Shown: piece by piece, positions 11,214 through 22,856 of the stretch
Numbering within the stretch: position 1 is the stretch's first letter
Layout: the number at the start of each line of letters is the position of its first letter
Source of the DNA: Amphiscolops sp. MND2022
Lineage: Eukaryota
Assembly: GCA_964187785.1 (NCBI GenBank)
Contig: OZ076409.1
Span: 77,068,001 to 77,128,000 of the forward strand
DNA length: 60,000 nt
Direction: 5' to 3'
Program-made: the position numbers and the translations under genes
Notes under the pieces: model-generated
The model's database searches: none
The model's input: the letters and a program-made list of their open reading frames with translations, nothing else
Told to the model about the DNA's origin: nothing

Positions 11214-13109
11214 CATCCATTGTTGCAAAACATCAAAAAAATTGAAGGGACACTTTGGTGAAAAAAATTTTTGCGAAAAAAAGTCTCAAAATGCCGACAA
11301 AATCTGAAAGGAATTATTTAGGGGGTTTCTGAAAGGGGACTCTTTAGTCTCTCCCGGTATTGTATGTTACGCGGAAAAAGACGAAAAATCTTTTTGGTTC
11401 AGTTCGGTAGGCCAAATGATACAAATTGGACCATAAAATTTTGTAGAACTTTTAAGAACTATTTTGGCCAGTTCGTGTAGATTAAAAAAGTCACTATAAT
11501 AGTCGCGTTTCACTTCATGAAGCGCCGACTAAAAACACACTGAGAAGCAATCATCGATTCATTCTTGTTTGGAGACCTTTTCTTCCAAAACAGAAACTCA
11601 AGAAACTGTATTCGAGACATATCATCTTTTATCGTTGGAAAACCAAGTATCCTTAAAACATTCTCCAAGTACCGAGGATGTCCTGTTTCACTGAGGAAAC
11701 TCGAAAATCTAGTTTTGTGGTTTTTGACTCTGAGCGTACTTTGGACGTTTTTAAGTCGGCGCTTTTTGTGAAACAAAAAAGCCCGACTCAGATGACTTTT
11801 CTTTTTTCTCCAGACCACAGACCTCAAAATGAAAGGTTCACTTTTTACAGAAACTAATGAATTACTAGACCGGCGAACTCCGGCCATTGGAAACGCATCT
11901 AAGTTGGTGCAAAGGATCCCCTTTCATTTTCCCCCTTTTTTAACGTAACATACAAAACCGAACAAGACTTAAGGGTCGCCTTCAATTTTTGCGATACTTT
12001 GCAACAGAATGGATGTTGAAAAATCCCAAAGGGTCCTCCTTTAACGTTTTTGGGACTGCTCAAAAGTTCCATATATATCCACCAATAAATTTGTTTTCAC
12101 CCCTTCATATTTTTGACGTTATATCGGAGCCATATTGAGTTTAAACAAAAAAGGCGAAAAGGAGGCGGAGGTTAGAAAACAAACGAACCAATTCGTCCCA
12201 GCACGAACCATTTAGGTGTTTCGAAACTTTCATACGAGTTTTTCATAGAAAACGTCCTGAGCATATTTTTAAAACTTTGCGCTTTTTGAACCTCAAGTAT
12301 AACGCCCAATTGAAACGTTCCTGTCTTGTTCCTCAGTTGCGATACTATTTTGCTTGGTGCTCGAAGCACGTGCGGTATTTTTGGAGTGAAATTGAAACAA
12401 TCAGTACAGAGGCAAGCCAGCATAAAATACCGTTTCGATGAGAACTGACTGACCTTCATTACAATTTTTCTGCATGACTATTTCAATTAATTGAAAATTG
12501 CAGAAACACGAAACATTCAGATTCGAGCCTGGAATCTTTGAGAAATTGGCCGGGAAAACCGACTTTAACGAAAAATTTTCATTTGTTAACGCCCGGATGA
12601 ACGCAAGAAATCGATCTATTTCATATACTTTCTTCGGAGCCAACAATGCGAGACGAGACCCGGATCCCGCGCAAAAAGCAGTACATTAATTGCCGACTAC
12701 TACACGATGAGAGATTGAAGAAAAAAGTCCAACTGACGTTTTAGCTACATTTTCTCAAAACTCGAGCCTAGCCATTAAACCAGGAACCAGTAAAAACTCG
12801 AAAAACTTGAAAAGTTTTGGCACTTTCTAGTTCGTTTAATATCTATTTTTTAAAATTAAATTTTCGAAAAAGCATCATTTTTGTCCAAACAAGAGTATGC
12901 TAAGTGGTAATGCTAGTGGTTGAGTTATGTGGATACTTTTTCCTATTCAAAACATCCGAAGGTGTCAAGCAATAGTCGAGAAGAAAGCTCAATACCCCAA
13001 TTCCGCGAAGTAGAAGCCCAATAAACAGTTATGCAAAAAAAGTTCATTTCCGCAATTCCGCGGGGTGGACGCCAAATGAACAGTTCTGCTTTTCTAAGTC
13101 GGTGCCCTT

Positions 13110-13412
13110 TCGGATACTATCTTCCCAAAGCAAGCTATTGTACCATATTTGCAGCCAAACGGTCAAACATTGGTGGACTTGAAGCTGTGGTTTCAAAGTG
13201 ACTTGCTCAAGGTCACAAAGGTCTGACTGCTCACCGTTGCTGTTTTTATTTCTGCTTTTCTCAGCTAAATGCGCTATTTTTTGTCACAGACCATACCGCT
13301 CAGCTAGGGATGAAGGACTTGCTTAAGGCCCAACAATGGTGAGTTGAGAGACTCGAACCTGATACCGCCCCAGGACAGACCGAATGCTCTAACCACTACG
13401 CCATGTTCCCTA
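13110..13412 (-). mobile_element. tRNA-derived SINE-like element; a second degenerate copy at about 13420-14420 is interrupted by the mini-hAT
   Basis: The minus strand reads TGGCGTAGTGGTTAGAGCA (A box)...GGTTCGAGTC (B box). The body (CGGATACTATCT...CCAAA.GGTCAA...CTTGAAGCTG) is repeated in the adjacent copy. Confidence 0.6.
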
Positions 13413-13458
13413 GCGCATTTTCCGGATACTATCTGGCAAATGGTCATCATACTTGCAA

Positions 13459-14237
13459 TAGGGATGCAGTCCCGGGAATCCCGAAACCCCGGGATCCCGG
13501 ACTAATTGCCCTACCCAATCCCGCCCGGGATTGACTTCTAATCCCGGAAATCCCGGAATTCTCACCGCCCTTTGTTTCAAGCTTCAACTTCAATTATTTC
13601 AGATACAATGGGTGACTTTGACTTTCGAGAATGGTCCGGTAGTTCAATGGTCTGGCGCCACTTCCTTCGCAATACTGATGGCTGTACTGATGCCGAACCA
13701 ATAGTCGACGTGGCAGATCCGACGTTCAAAGAGAAACTACTTGCAGCTACGACCGTCAACGCGGAGTCGGAGTCCGAGTCATCCATGCATTACATCAGCT
13801 CCGGAATTGAGCACTTGATTAAGAAGGAATTTTATTTTTTCTACACTAACAACACCAAAGGAAAGTTTCTAACTCAAGTAGAAAAGTGGCTGGACACCAT
13901 TCGGCCTACATCGGTGGAAGCAGAGCGTTGCTTCAGTGCTGCGGGCTTGTTTGCTTCTAGAGTTAGAAACCGCTTGGGAGACGAAGTTCTGTCGGTTCTG
14001 CAGATCCTACGATTTTACTTCGCGAAGCATGCTAACAAACAGGACGCGCCATAAATTTGATATCCAATTGTTTGCATATGGTAAACAAGCAAATAAAAAA
14101 TCTTCAAATATATTGTTTTTACATTGATAATTCCTGACGCAAAAAATAATCTTTAATCCCGGGATTATCCCGGGATCGGACATTGGCTAATCCCGAATCC
14201 CGGGATTAAGAATAGTGGTCCGGGATTAGCATCCCTA
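13459..14237 (+). mobile_element. Internally deleted hAT transposon (779 bp)
   Basis: TIR TAGGGATGC / GCATCCCTA; perfect 8-bp TSD ACTTGCAA (13451-13458 and 14238-14245); subterminal ATCCCGGGAT repeats. Confidence 0.92.
13572..14054 (+). CDS. Truncated hAT transposase: start of the BED region fused in frame to the C-terminal dimerisation domain
   Basis: SSMVWRHFL (BED start) and IRPTSVEAERCFSAAGLFASRVRNRLGDEVL (hATC motif). The catalytic core is absent. Confidence 0.75.
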   Translation: MFQASTSIISDTMGDFDFREWSGSSMVWRHFLRNTDGCTDAEPIVDVADPTFKEKLLAATTVNAESESESSMHYISSGIEHLIKKEFYFFYTNNTKGKFLTQVEKWLDTIRPTSVEAERCFSAAGLFASRVRNRLGDEVLSVLQILRFYFAKHANKQDAP

Positions 14238-17200
14238 ACTTGCAACCAAATGGTCAAGCGATTGTCGGCTTGAAGCTGATTTTGATGTGACTTCTAGTTC
14301 AAAAGTCTGACCTCATGACCATACACACAAGCTGGAGAACTTGCTCAACACAAAACAGCGGTGAGCTGACGCCAATTCGAACATCTAATACTCGTCAACA
14401 CAGTCCAAATGCTCTAACCAAAACCTAGAAAAATTGACTATCACCGGTTCTTTTCAAAAACGTTTGAAAATACTCTATGTCGTCTAACAAAAGTATGCAA
14501 AGTAGCCCAATTCTGATTTTCAATTCTCTGTATCTTGCGGTATTCTCAAGAAACATCCAAAAATTGCACAAAATTTGTAGAAAAATTTGGAAAATTGAAC
14601 TTTTGGTTTTAAGGTTTCTTTTTTAAAAAGTAGCGGAATGTTTCGTCGTTGAACTCAATGGATTGTCCAATTCAAAAATTCGGCGAGTTTCTATTCATTT
14701 CATGCCTTCCGTAGAAGAAACAAGCCTGGAACGGCTCAAGCCGGCGCCCCGTTCAAGTTTCAAAAACAGCAAAGTTTTTTCAATGTACAAAAGGGGACTA
14801 TTGTGAAAAGATTCATCTGCTGAAAAAAACCGAAGAGATACCCGGGAGACTCGAAAACTGTTTTACTTTCCCTCGCAACATGAAAAAAAAACATTACCAA
14901 AAATTGTAAAAGGGGGACCCTTTGGGCTTTTTGAAAATCCAGTTTTTGCGAAAAGTCTCTGAGACGAAACAACAAACATCAAAAAACTTCAAAATCTGTC
15001 AATTCGTCTGTCTTAAAAAGAAAAAAAGTCACTACTATAGTCTGCGGTTTCTACGAAAGCGACGACTAAAAACTGAATGTTACTCCTACATCATTAGGTT
15101 TATTAGCCAAACTTTTGAACTTCCAGGATTTAAAATTGGCTTTTGGCATTTTTACTCTTTATTGGGCATTTTGTCATCTAAGAAAAACAGGTTTTCTCAT
15201 TTTGAAAGTATACAAAAGGGTCTGTTTTGTCCTGGAACACTGAATATTCATACCCGCCAAAGCATTTTAAAAAATGAACGAAAATTGGCAAAACTGCTCA
15301 CGGTTGAAGTTGAAGAAGACGCCCGGTAAGCACCGGGATGTTTTCCGCTAACTAGAATAGTCACGTAACTCAATTAGTCAAGTAACTCTAAGTGAAGTGA
15401 AACTGGGAGGCTTGTCAGAATTTGGAAAAACAAGACGGGAACGTCTATAGTCGGCGCTATATCTAAGGCTCAAAAAGCGCAAAACATTTTTTTTGGAAAA
15501 AACTTGAAATTTTCGAAAAATTTTTTTCTTTCGGAAAATGTTGCACAGTGCCGAGATATGCAAAAAAGGGGACCATTTTTGATTTCCAAACATGCATTCT
15601 GTTGCAAAATAACAAAAAACTCAAAGGGGACATTAAAAAATCAAAAGGGGGGACCCTTTAGCCTCGGCCGGTTTTGTAGGTTACGTTGAAAAAGTAAAAA
15701 ATGAAAAGGGGGACCCTTTGGAGACAAAAAATTTTTCGACAAAAAAGTCGCACAGTGCCGAAAAAACGAAAAAAATCGAAAGGGGGGACTCTTTAGTCCC
15801 GTCCGGTTTTGTAGGTTACCTTGAAAAAGTAAAAAATGAAAGGGGGGACCCTTTGCACTAAGTTTGCCTTGGCCCCTTTGCCGGACTGGGCGCCTTAGGT
15901 GGTTTCAGGATTGTTTCTAAAAAGTGGACCGATCAGTGTGAGGATTGTAGTCTGAAGAAAAAACAAGACGGGAACGTCCCAAGTCGGCGCCATATCTTAG
16001 GCTCAAAAATATTCAAGGAACAACTATTGGAAATATTTGGAAAAAAGTTAATTTTTTTCCAAAAAAAGTATTTGTGATAAAAAAAAGTCGCACAATGCCG
16101 AAAAACCTAAAAAGGGGTCATTTAGGCTCATTCAACGTTTTCTACAAACCGAAAACTTCAAAAAAATGCAAGGGGTACCCTTTGATAAAATTCGAAAATT
16201 TTCGAAAAAAGTCGCACAGTGCCGAAAAAAACCCAAAGGGGGGACCCTTTGGTATCACCTGTACTTTTGGAAGCATTAAAAAAATTTATGGTTCAGTGCG
16301 AGAATCGAACCCACGCTCTCCGGCTTGTTCGAAGATGAACAAATATGAAAGATGAACAAATTGTAAGAAAAGCGGACATCTCCAGAGATTGTCAACTGAA
16401 AAAAAAACAACAAAAAAACTACTCACTGTAAGAGTCGAGCTTTTTTTCTTAAGGGAAAAGGCGCCGACTAAAAAACAGTCACTGCTATAGTCGGGGATTT
16501 TTCCCTTAATGGAAAAGCGCCGACTAAAAACGCAACACAGATCATGATTTTCCACCACCACCATTTACGTGGGTTTTCGTTCTTTGCGGACACTTCAGGG
16601 GGTTTTCTGAACAAAAATTTTTCACAAATTTACTGGTTATTTTGCACGTCGTTAAATTCTGTGGATCTTCAAACCTACGGAAACGTTTAACAAGTCGGGA
16701 ACAGCCCAAGTCGGAGCCCACTCAAGGTTCAAAAAGGGCAGTTTTTTAAAATGAAAAAGGGTCTTATTGGGAAAATTTTCGTCGAAATTAGTGCCGAAAA
16801 GACCTGAAGGACTACCCATAAGACCCCAAAACCGCTTTTCGTCTAATTGAAAGCAAAAAACTCAATTTTTTGAAAAGTCGCGGCGCCGAAAAAACAATAG
16901 GTGGCCTTTGTTATCCCCTCTACTTTTGCAAGCATAAAATTTTTGTTACAACAGGATAAAACAAACACGCTGTTGGATCCACTGAAAGAAACTCGTTAAC
17001 CTGTTGGAAAGAGGCATTTGAGTTGCACATCATGAATTTGGACTCATAGAAATGTTCATAGAATTGTGTCAAATCGCTGGTCTTGAAAAAAAAGCCACTA
17101 TTAGTGCGCAACTGAAAATGGTACAAATGCGACGAAATGGTTGAAAATTGGATTTTTTGAAGTTTTTTCTTATAAAACAGCCGATTGTACTCCGTAAAAG

Positions 17201-17858
17201 CGTATGGGAGTATTTAATTCGTCGTTTAATTCTGCGGATGTTAACCTTTCGAAACTCAAAAACTGCACAAAAATTGCATAAAAAGGGTGAAACAGTGAGA
17301 AGTTTTGGTCACTACCAAAAAGTTGAAATATCTGTGGAAATACATATTCTACAAAACTAAGTTGATGGTAGTCTAATTCTGCAGAAAAAACTCCATCATT
17401 TGGGGAGAAATTTGGAACATGGCAGGTTTCGAGGAAAAATGTGGCAGTTTGTAGGTAACTTTTCTTTCCCATATTGACATATGGGTGGAAAATAACAATC
17501 GGTTTATAGGTGGAGTTGAGACACGGATACCCCCAAAAAAGTATTCATGCTGTTGAGATAATCACATTTCACCGATCCTAATCTAATTCGACATATGAAT
17601 GGTTTCACTCGAAATTTTCCTGACGCAAACAACCGTATCTTTGCAAGATGCTCAAATCCACGATTAGATTCTTCTTGTACCTGACAACCTGACTATCAGC
17701 TTTATTCATGATATCACTTCAAGCTCGTTCAACGTCTCCTGAATGGCTCTTTTCTCAATATTATGTAACATTTTTGTGCATCAAAAAGTAAATTCAATTT
17801 CACTGAAGAACATTCGCTGACTAATTAGGTGACATGCATTTTATTATTTCTAATGGAA

Positions 17859-19628
17859 CTAGTGATTGGAAGAGTTTTCAACGCGATATAAATTTATGAC
17901 GTCAAGAATGGGCTGTCTGCACAGAGGACACGTGGGATTGATGGCCAAAAGAATAGACGCACAATGGTTGCATGCAACCATATGGCCACATTTGTAGAAC
18001 GCACTGTTGACCACTTGCGTTTCATCCAAACACACGACACAAGTCCCAGCTCTTTCCGACACCATGTGCAAATTACTTGACGATGAAGCGGTCATCAGGC
18101 TTTGGTTGAGAACCATCTGTTGCAGCGTGTTCTCCAGCTGAGTCTGTGCTGTGTTTTGACGCGTCATCATGTTTTGCATGGCTTCCATCATGGTCTCAAG
18201 TCGCAATAGTCTGTCGTCACCCATTTGTGCACCCGTTGCGGGTCTTCTCGGGCGAGTGGGGAGATGGGGAACAGGTACTGCGGCAGGCTCATCAAATGGG
18301 TTGTCAACAGGGTTTTCCAAAAGCCGAGGCAACCCGTACGGGTCTATTCCCACATCTCTGAAGTCATTTCTCACAATCCGAGATCGAGGAAGGCTGTCCA
18401 AAGTCCTTTGCACTTCTCTTCTCGCTTCTTGTGAAAACGTATCGGGGCTGCTCTCCATTCTATGGATCAAATGTTGTTCCAAAATGTCAGCAAATGTGCT
18501 GTTCAAGACTCGAGATACAACTTGATTGCCAACGAGGTTCCCAATTTCCGCGAGATCGTCGAATCTGTCGCTTCGGATAATATTCCTTTGTTGGGTATTG
18601 TGTTCTTGGCGGAAGTTAGCCCATCCAACGGGTGCAGCGGGCTCAGGTGGTGGAGGAGGAAGTTCAGCGGGGACATGTCTTCGTGGATGAGGTACGGCAA
18701 CAGCTAACCGTCTTGCTGCCGGGATCGGAGGGGGCGGAGGTACGGGTATAGGAGGCCCGTTTCTGGGCGAAGAAGTTCCTGAACTCGAACTTGCGTTTCT
18801 TCGGTTCAGTGACGCTCTTTGCCCCCTTGCAACATTCCCGCCCTGGTTGGAGGTTCTGTTATTTCTATTCGACAACAACCGCTCCAAACGCTGCCTGAAC
18901 GAATCAGCAAGCAAGTTTCGGACTTGATGCGACTCTCGTAAAGAAGACAGCTCGTCTCTGGCTGGAGTGGAATCCCGATCTATCGCCGTTGTAATTCTTT
19001 CACTCAACATACTGGATATAAGGAAGGTTCTCTCACGTGTTATATGATTAACACTAGAAAGAGTATCAACCTCGTTTCGCCTTTCAAGTCTCTGCCTTTC
19101 GAAGAAGGAATCCCAAACAGAAACCGGCTCGGATTCTTGGCTCGAGGATCTTTCATCGTTATGGACGGTTGCTTCAATTACATCTTCAGAATTTCCATCA
19201 AGTAGAACTGCATTGTGAGATCTTGGAACAGAATTGATGTTGTTTTCTTGTTCCTCTGCATCAGATGCTTCGATGGAAGACCTCTGAGACGCTGCTCTTG
19301 AGGACTGCAAGATCTCTTCGCTGTATTCACTGACTGCCTCCTCCAATCGTCGTCTTAGGACCCTGGATAGATTGCTCAACGCATCTCGTTGAATGAGATC
19401 GCGGGTTGCAAGAGTATCCAGTTCATTTTGTCTTTCCTCTTTTTGTTGTCGAAAGAATGTCTCCAAGATCGGATTCGTTTTATCCACATGACTGTTTTTA
19501 GAACTGCTGAAGGCATCGACACCCACTTTCTGACAAAACTCTTCACTGACGAAAACGACTTGAGGTCTTGAATAATTTGTCGTCTTTCTGCGTTTCTGAG
19601 GTCTGGATTTTTTACTAATGGGACTCAT
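17859..19628 (-). CDS. Intronless RING-HC finger protein, probable E3 ubiquitin ligase (589 aa)
   Basis: C-terminal CVVCLD...FYKCGHMVACNHCA...CPLCRQPI (IAP/neuralized-type C3HC4), preceded by a coiled segment, a proline-rich linker and repeated EL..L....VS..L...F...LE helices. Confidence 0.88.
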   Translation of the reverse strand: MSPISKKSRPQKRRKTTNYSRPQVVFVSEEFCQKVGVDAFSSSKNSHVDKTNPILETFFRQQKEERQNELDTLATRDLIQRDALSNLSRVLRRRLEEAVSEYSEEILQSSRAASQRSSIEASDAEEQENNINSVPRSHNAVLLDGNSEDVIEATVHNDERSSSQESEPVSVWDSFFERQRLERRNEVDTLSSVNHITRERTFLISSMLSERITTAIDRDSTPARDELSSLRESHQVRNLLADSFRQRLERLLSNRNNRTSNQGGNVARGQRASLNRRNASSSSGTSSPRNGPPIPVPPPPPIPAARRLAVAVPHPRRHVPAELPPPPPEPAAPVGWANFRQEHNTQQRNIIRSDRFDDLAEIGNLVGNQVVSRVLNSTFADILEQHLIHRMESSPDTFSQEARREVQRTLDSLPRSRIVRNDFRDVGIDPYGLPRLLENPVDNPFDEPAAVPVPHLPTRPRRPATGAQMGDDRLLRLETMMEAMQNMMTRQNTAQTQLENTLQQMVLNQSLMTASSSSNLHMVSERAGTCVVCLDETQVVNSAFYKCGHMVACNHCASILLAINPTCPLCRQPILDVINLYRVENSSNH

Positions 19629-21670
19629 CTTCTCAACTTGCTTTGTTCAACAATTTAAAACTCACGACGATCTTGAGTTAACGCTTGTTTTGGTATAAAT
19701 ATGGAGAATCAAAACGATGCGAGTATTTATAAGCTAAAATGTATATTCTTTGAAAAACAGCTCATAATAAATTCAATGAATGATGACATCAGATTTATTT
19801 TTGGTGACATTCTTATTCGTTTTCTATGGTAAACGCAAATGATAATTTCGTCGACTGAATTTTAAACAACAGGAACAACGTGACCAAAAGCGAATATATA
19901 AATGTGGACTGATATAAACATAACGTAATCGAAGGCAAATCGTTAACCAACCATTTGGTTTCAAAACGATCGCAAAATAGTTCAAATTCTTTCAAAGTCA
20001 CAGCGACAGAATCGTCTTCAAATTGTGTTCATGGACGAAATGTTGGCTGTCAAGAGAGACGAAACGACAAGTATAAGAAGGTATTCCGAGTCGGTAACTG
20101 CAGCACGTGATTTTACCAACGGTGTTTTTGGTGCAAAAAGCAAAATTGTTTTAAAAGACAACTAATGCTTGAAATTCACGTCTACATGTTGGAAGCTAGC
20201 AACAGTATATAAAATGCTGATGATAGCAATGCCGAAACCAATCATAAGTTAACATCATTTCAAAAAAAGGTACATTGTCATGGAACTTGATTAAGTCGAG
20301 AAATTCGAAAACATACTTCAATCACAAGCAAATTTCTAATGGATTTAATGACCAAATCTGCTTTTTTAACCTAACCTTAAAATGACCAGGAAAATTTTGG
20401 ATCCATCCAAAAATCGAGTGTTTAAACTTTAAACCGCAATATCTCCAACTATTCAAGTCCGACAAACGATTTATACAGCGTTCGAAAGAACAGCATCAGG
20501 GCTTTCAAATCAATTTTGAAACATGCTGGGGCCGCTTTTACCCAATGTTGATACCAGTTGGATAAAAGGGCCACAAACGAAAACTGGAAGAAGGAAAATC
20601 TGCACTCATTTTTTATCTGCACCCAATTTCTGGATTTTGGAGACATCGCGTCAATATTCCGTGAAAAGGCGCCGAATGCTATGCGATATCGTCTGAAAAT
20701 CTTATTCAAGAGTTTTCTTTACCAAACAATCAGCTGGTGCGTTTAGAAATTGCAGAAACTAAATGTGCCGAATTCGTCACAGTGGCCAAGTTATGGTTAA
20801 ATCGGGGTTTTTACACAGCTGATCGGTAATTCAGCAGCCATTGATGAAGATACAGGTTTTTTATTTAACACATCATCATTAACGAGCATTAAAATTTCCC
20901 ATATTCAACTTTTCTCCATTTCCACATGTTTCCGCAAAGAAACTCCGCGTTTTCACAAAAAAAGGAATTCTTGGATATGACACTCATAATAAACAAATGT
21001 GAAGAATTGTTTCATTCATCTTCAGATATTTGAAGCTGAAAAACATAGGCTGCTTCCGAAGCCAAAACTTAGCGCCTAATCTGATGGGCTTGAAAGTCGA
21101 AAACAAAAATCAACAAAAGTAGAGAAAAAATATCAATTCATTTTGAAGAAATTTTTCCACCCGCGCTAGGTGTAGTTGAAAATAGGTTTCTGATGAACAA
21201 TTGTTACATTTTTTCAAAAACTATTTGGTGAAGGCCAATTTTCTCAAAACTTCCTTACGCATATAAAACGGCAACCCTATATCCTAACACAACAATGCAT
21301 TCCTTTTGCAACAAAGCCACACAACATGATGATCTGAAGAAAAGGACACGCGGCGACAGAGGTTCACTCAACCTGAATGAAAGCTCAGTATCAGACCTTT
21401 CAAACGCGATATAGCTCATTTCTCTGACATGCGTAGTTGTTGAGATATTAACCACTGAAAAGTTTCAGTCAAATTTCTGGAAAATTTGCAAAAATGCCAA
21501 ATTAAGTGAGCTTGTATACATATATAAACTCTTAAATACCCATTTATTGTGGGCTATTGAGAAATAATGAATTGAGCACCTTAATTGATAAAGAACAGGT
21601 TAGTAAGTGCGAAAGTGGAATTCAATCGTTGGTTTACTCTTTCACTATCATGGTTCAAAGTGTTGTTTAA

Positions 21671-22098
21671 TAGAGATGTACCGGATTCCGGAATCCGGCC
21701 AATTTTCAAATCCGGAATCCGGAAAAATTTTGCCGGATTTACCGGACTTTTAACTGTGAAAAAATGTTTCCAAGAGGAAAATTCTAACTTTAAATTTCAT
21801 TATTATCCAATCCCAGTCATACGAATTTATTGAAATTTTACACATAGGACCATATTATGGTGTAGAAAATGACTGTAGAAAATTTTGTTCGAATCGTATG
21901 GACAGTTTTTGAGAAATTTGAAATTTTCATGAAAGGTAGGGAGAAAAAAAAACAAAAAAAAACGACACGATTGCATAAGTAGTCGAAAATTTTTCCGACT
22001 CCCAAAAATCGGGAATCCGGTTCCGGAATCCGGCACTTTAAAATCAGGTAAAATCCTGATCCGGAAATCCGGTAAAATTCAATCCGGTTACATCTCTA
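21671..22098. mobile_element. hAT-type MITE with a captured satellite fragment
   Basis: TIR TAGAGATGTA / TACATCTCTA; 8-bp TSD TTGTTTAA; ATCCGG subterminal repeats; 21810-22005 matches the roughly 165-bp satellite at 35-45 kb. Confidence 0.88.
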
Positions 22099-22856
22099 TT
22101 GTTTAATAATGGCGCATTTTTAGTTTATAGTCGAGAAAAGTGAGCTTAATATACTACGATGTTGAAAAAACAAGATTTCCTCATTTGCTGTGTCGTACTG
22201 CTGAAAAAAAATACAATTCATCGTTTCTTTTCGAATATTATGAAATGGAGCTCGACAGTTGGTTGATATTCGAATTAAATCGATGCGTGACAAAAGAGCA
22301 AAAAAAATGGAATTCCTGAATATGACACTCACAATAAACAAAGCCGAAAAACTTCTCTTTTCTTCATCTGAAAACCAAATCAAATTCTCATTTTATCATC
22401 ATAAACGGGACAAAACCGATATTTAGATCAAGACAAAACAACTTATTCCTGAAAGGGGGCAATTTTGTATGATAAAACTGCAGAAACTCAAACTTAACTC
22501 AAGTTTGAGCAAACGCAATTAACTCAAAACACTTACTATAATTAAGCTGAAACACGTAAATTGGACTTTTTTCATCAGTGAAGATTGTGATAGTTTTTGT
22601 GATTCTGTAAAATTAGCTGTTTTGTACCGCTCCGTTATAACCAAGTGAACTTACAAAATGACTGGCCCGCCATTTTTGACAAGATATTTGTTGTTATTAG
22701 GTCCGATGTTCTATGTCTCGTGAGACAAAAAAAGTTCCACGTTCACAGCGGATGGTTTGCCAGAAAATTCCAAAACTCAAAACCTCGAAGTCAAGAAATG
22801 CCTTCGTATATACTGCTTTTTATAGCTACAATAAATAATCTCATACAATTACAACT

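Larger units (their letters stand above)
11203..17113. repeat. Cluster of DINE-1/Helentron-like non-autonomous repeats (copies about 11203-11533, 11750-12330 inverted, 14720-15072, 15430-15960, 15962-16530, 16690-17113; another at 30897-31270)
   Basis: One end reads ACAAGACGGGAACGTCCCAAGTCGGCGC (small hairpin plus subterminal repeat), the other reads AGTCGCG...AAGCGCCGACTAAAAA. Copies sit in A/T runs without a TSD and contain internal AAAAGTCGCACAGTGCCGAAAA and AAAGGGGGACCC modules. Confidence 0.65.

Noticed and set aside
13335..13412. Functional tRNA gene
   Set aside because: A and B boxes are present but there is no convincing acceptor or anticodon stem, and it is attached to a repeated SINE-like body.
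11510..17472. Short K/F-rich ORFs such as 11510-11887, 14922-15329 and 16074-16355
   Set aside because: They mostly overlap A/T-run repeats and have no recognisable motifs. An unrecognised host exon (for example 12498-12689) cannot be excluded.
21257..21454. Possible minus-strand exon bounded by TTTTCAG and GTAAGG
   Set aside because: No recognisable protein and no partner exons could be linked to it.
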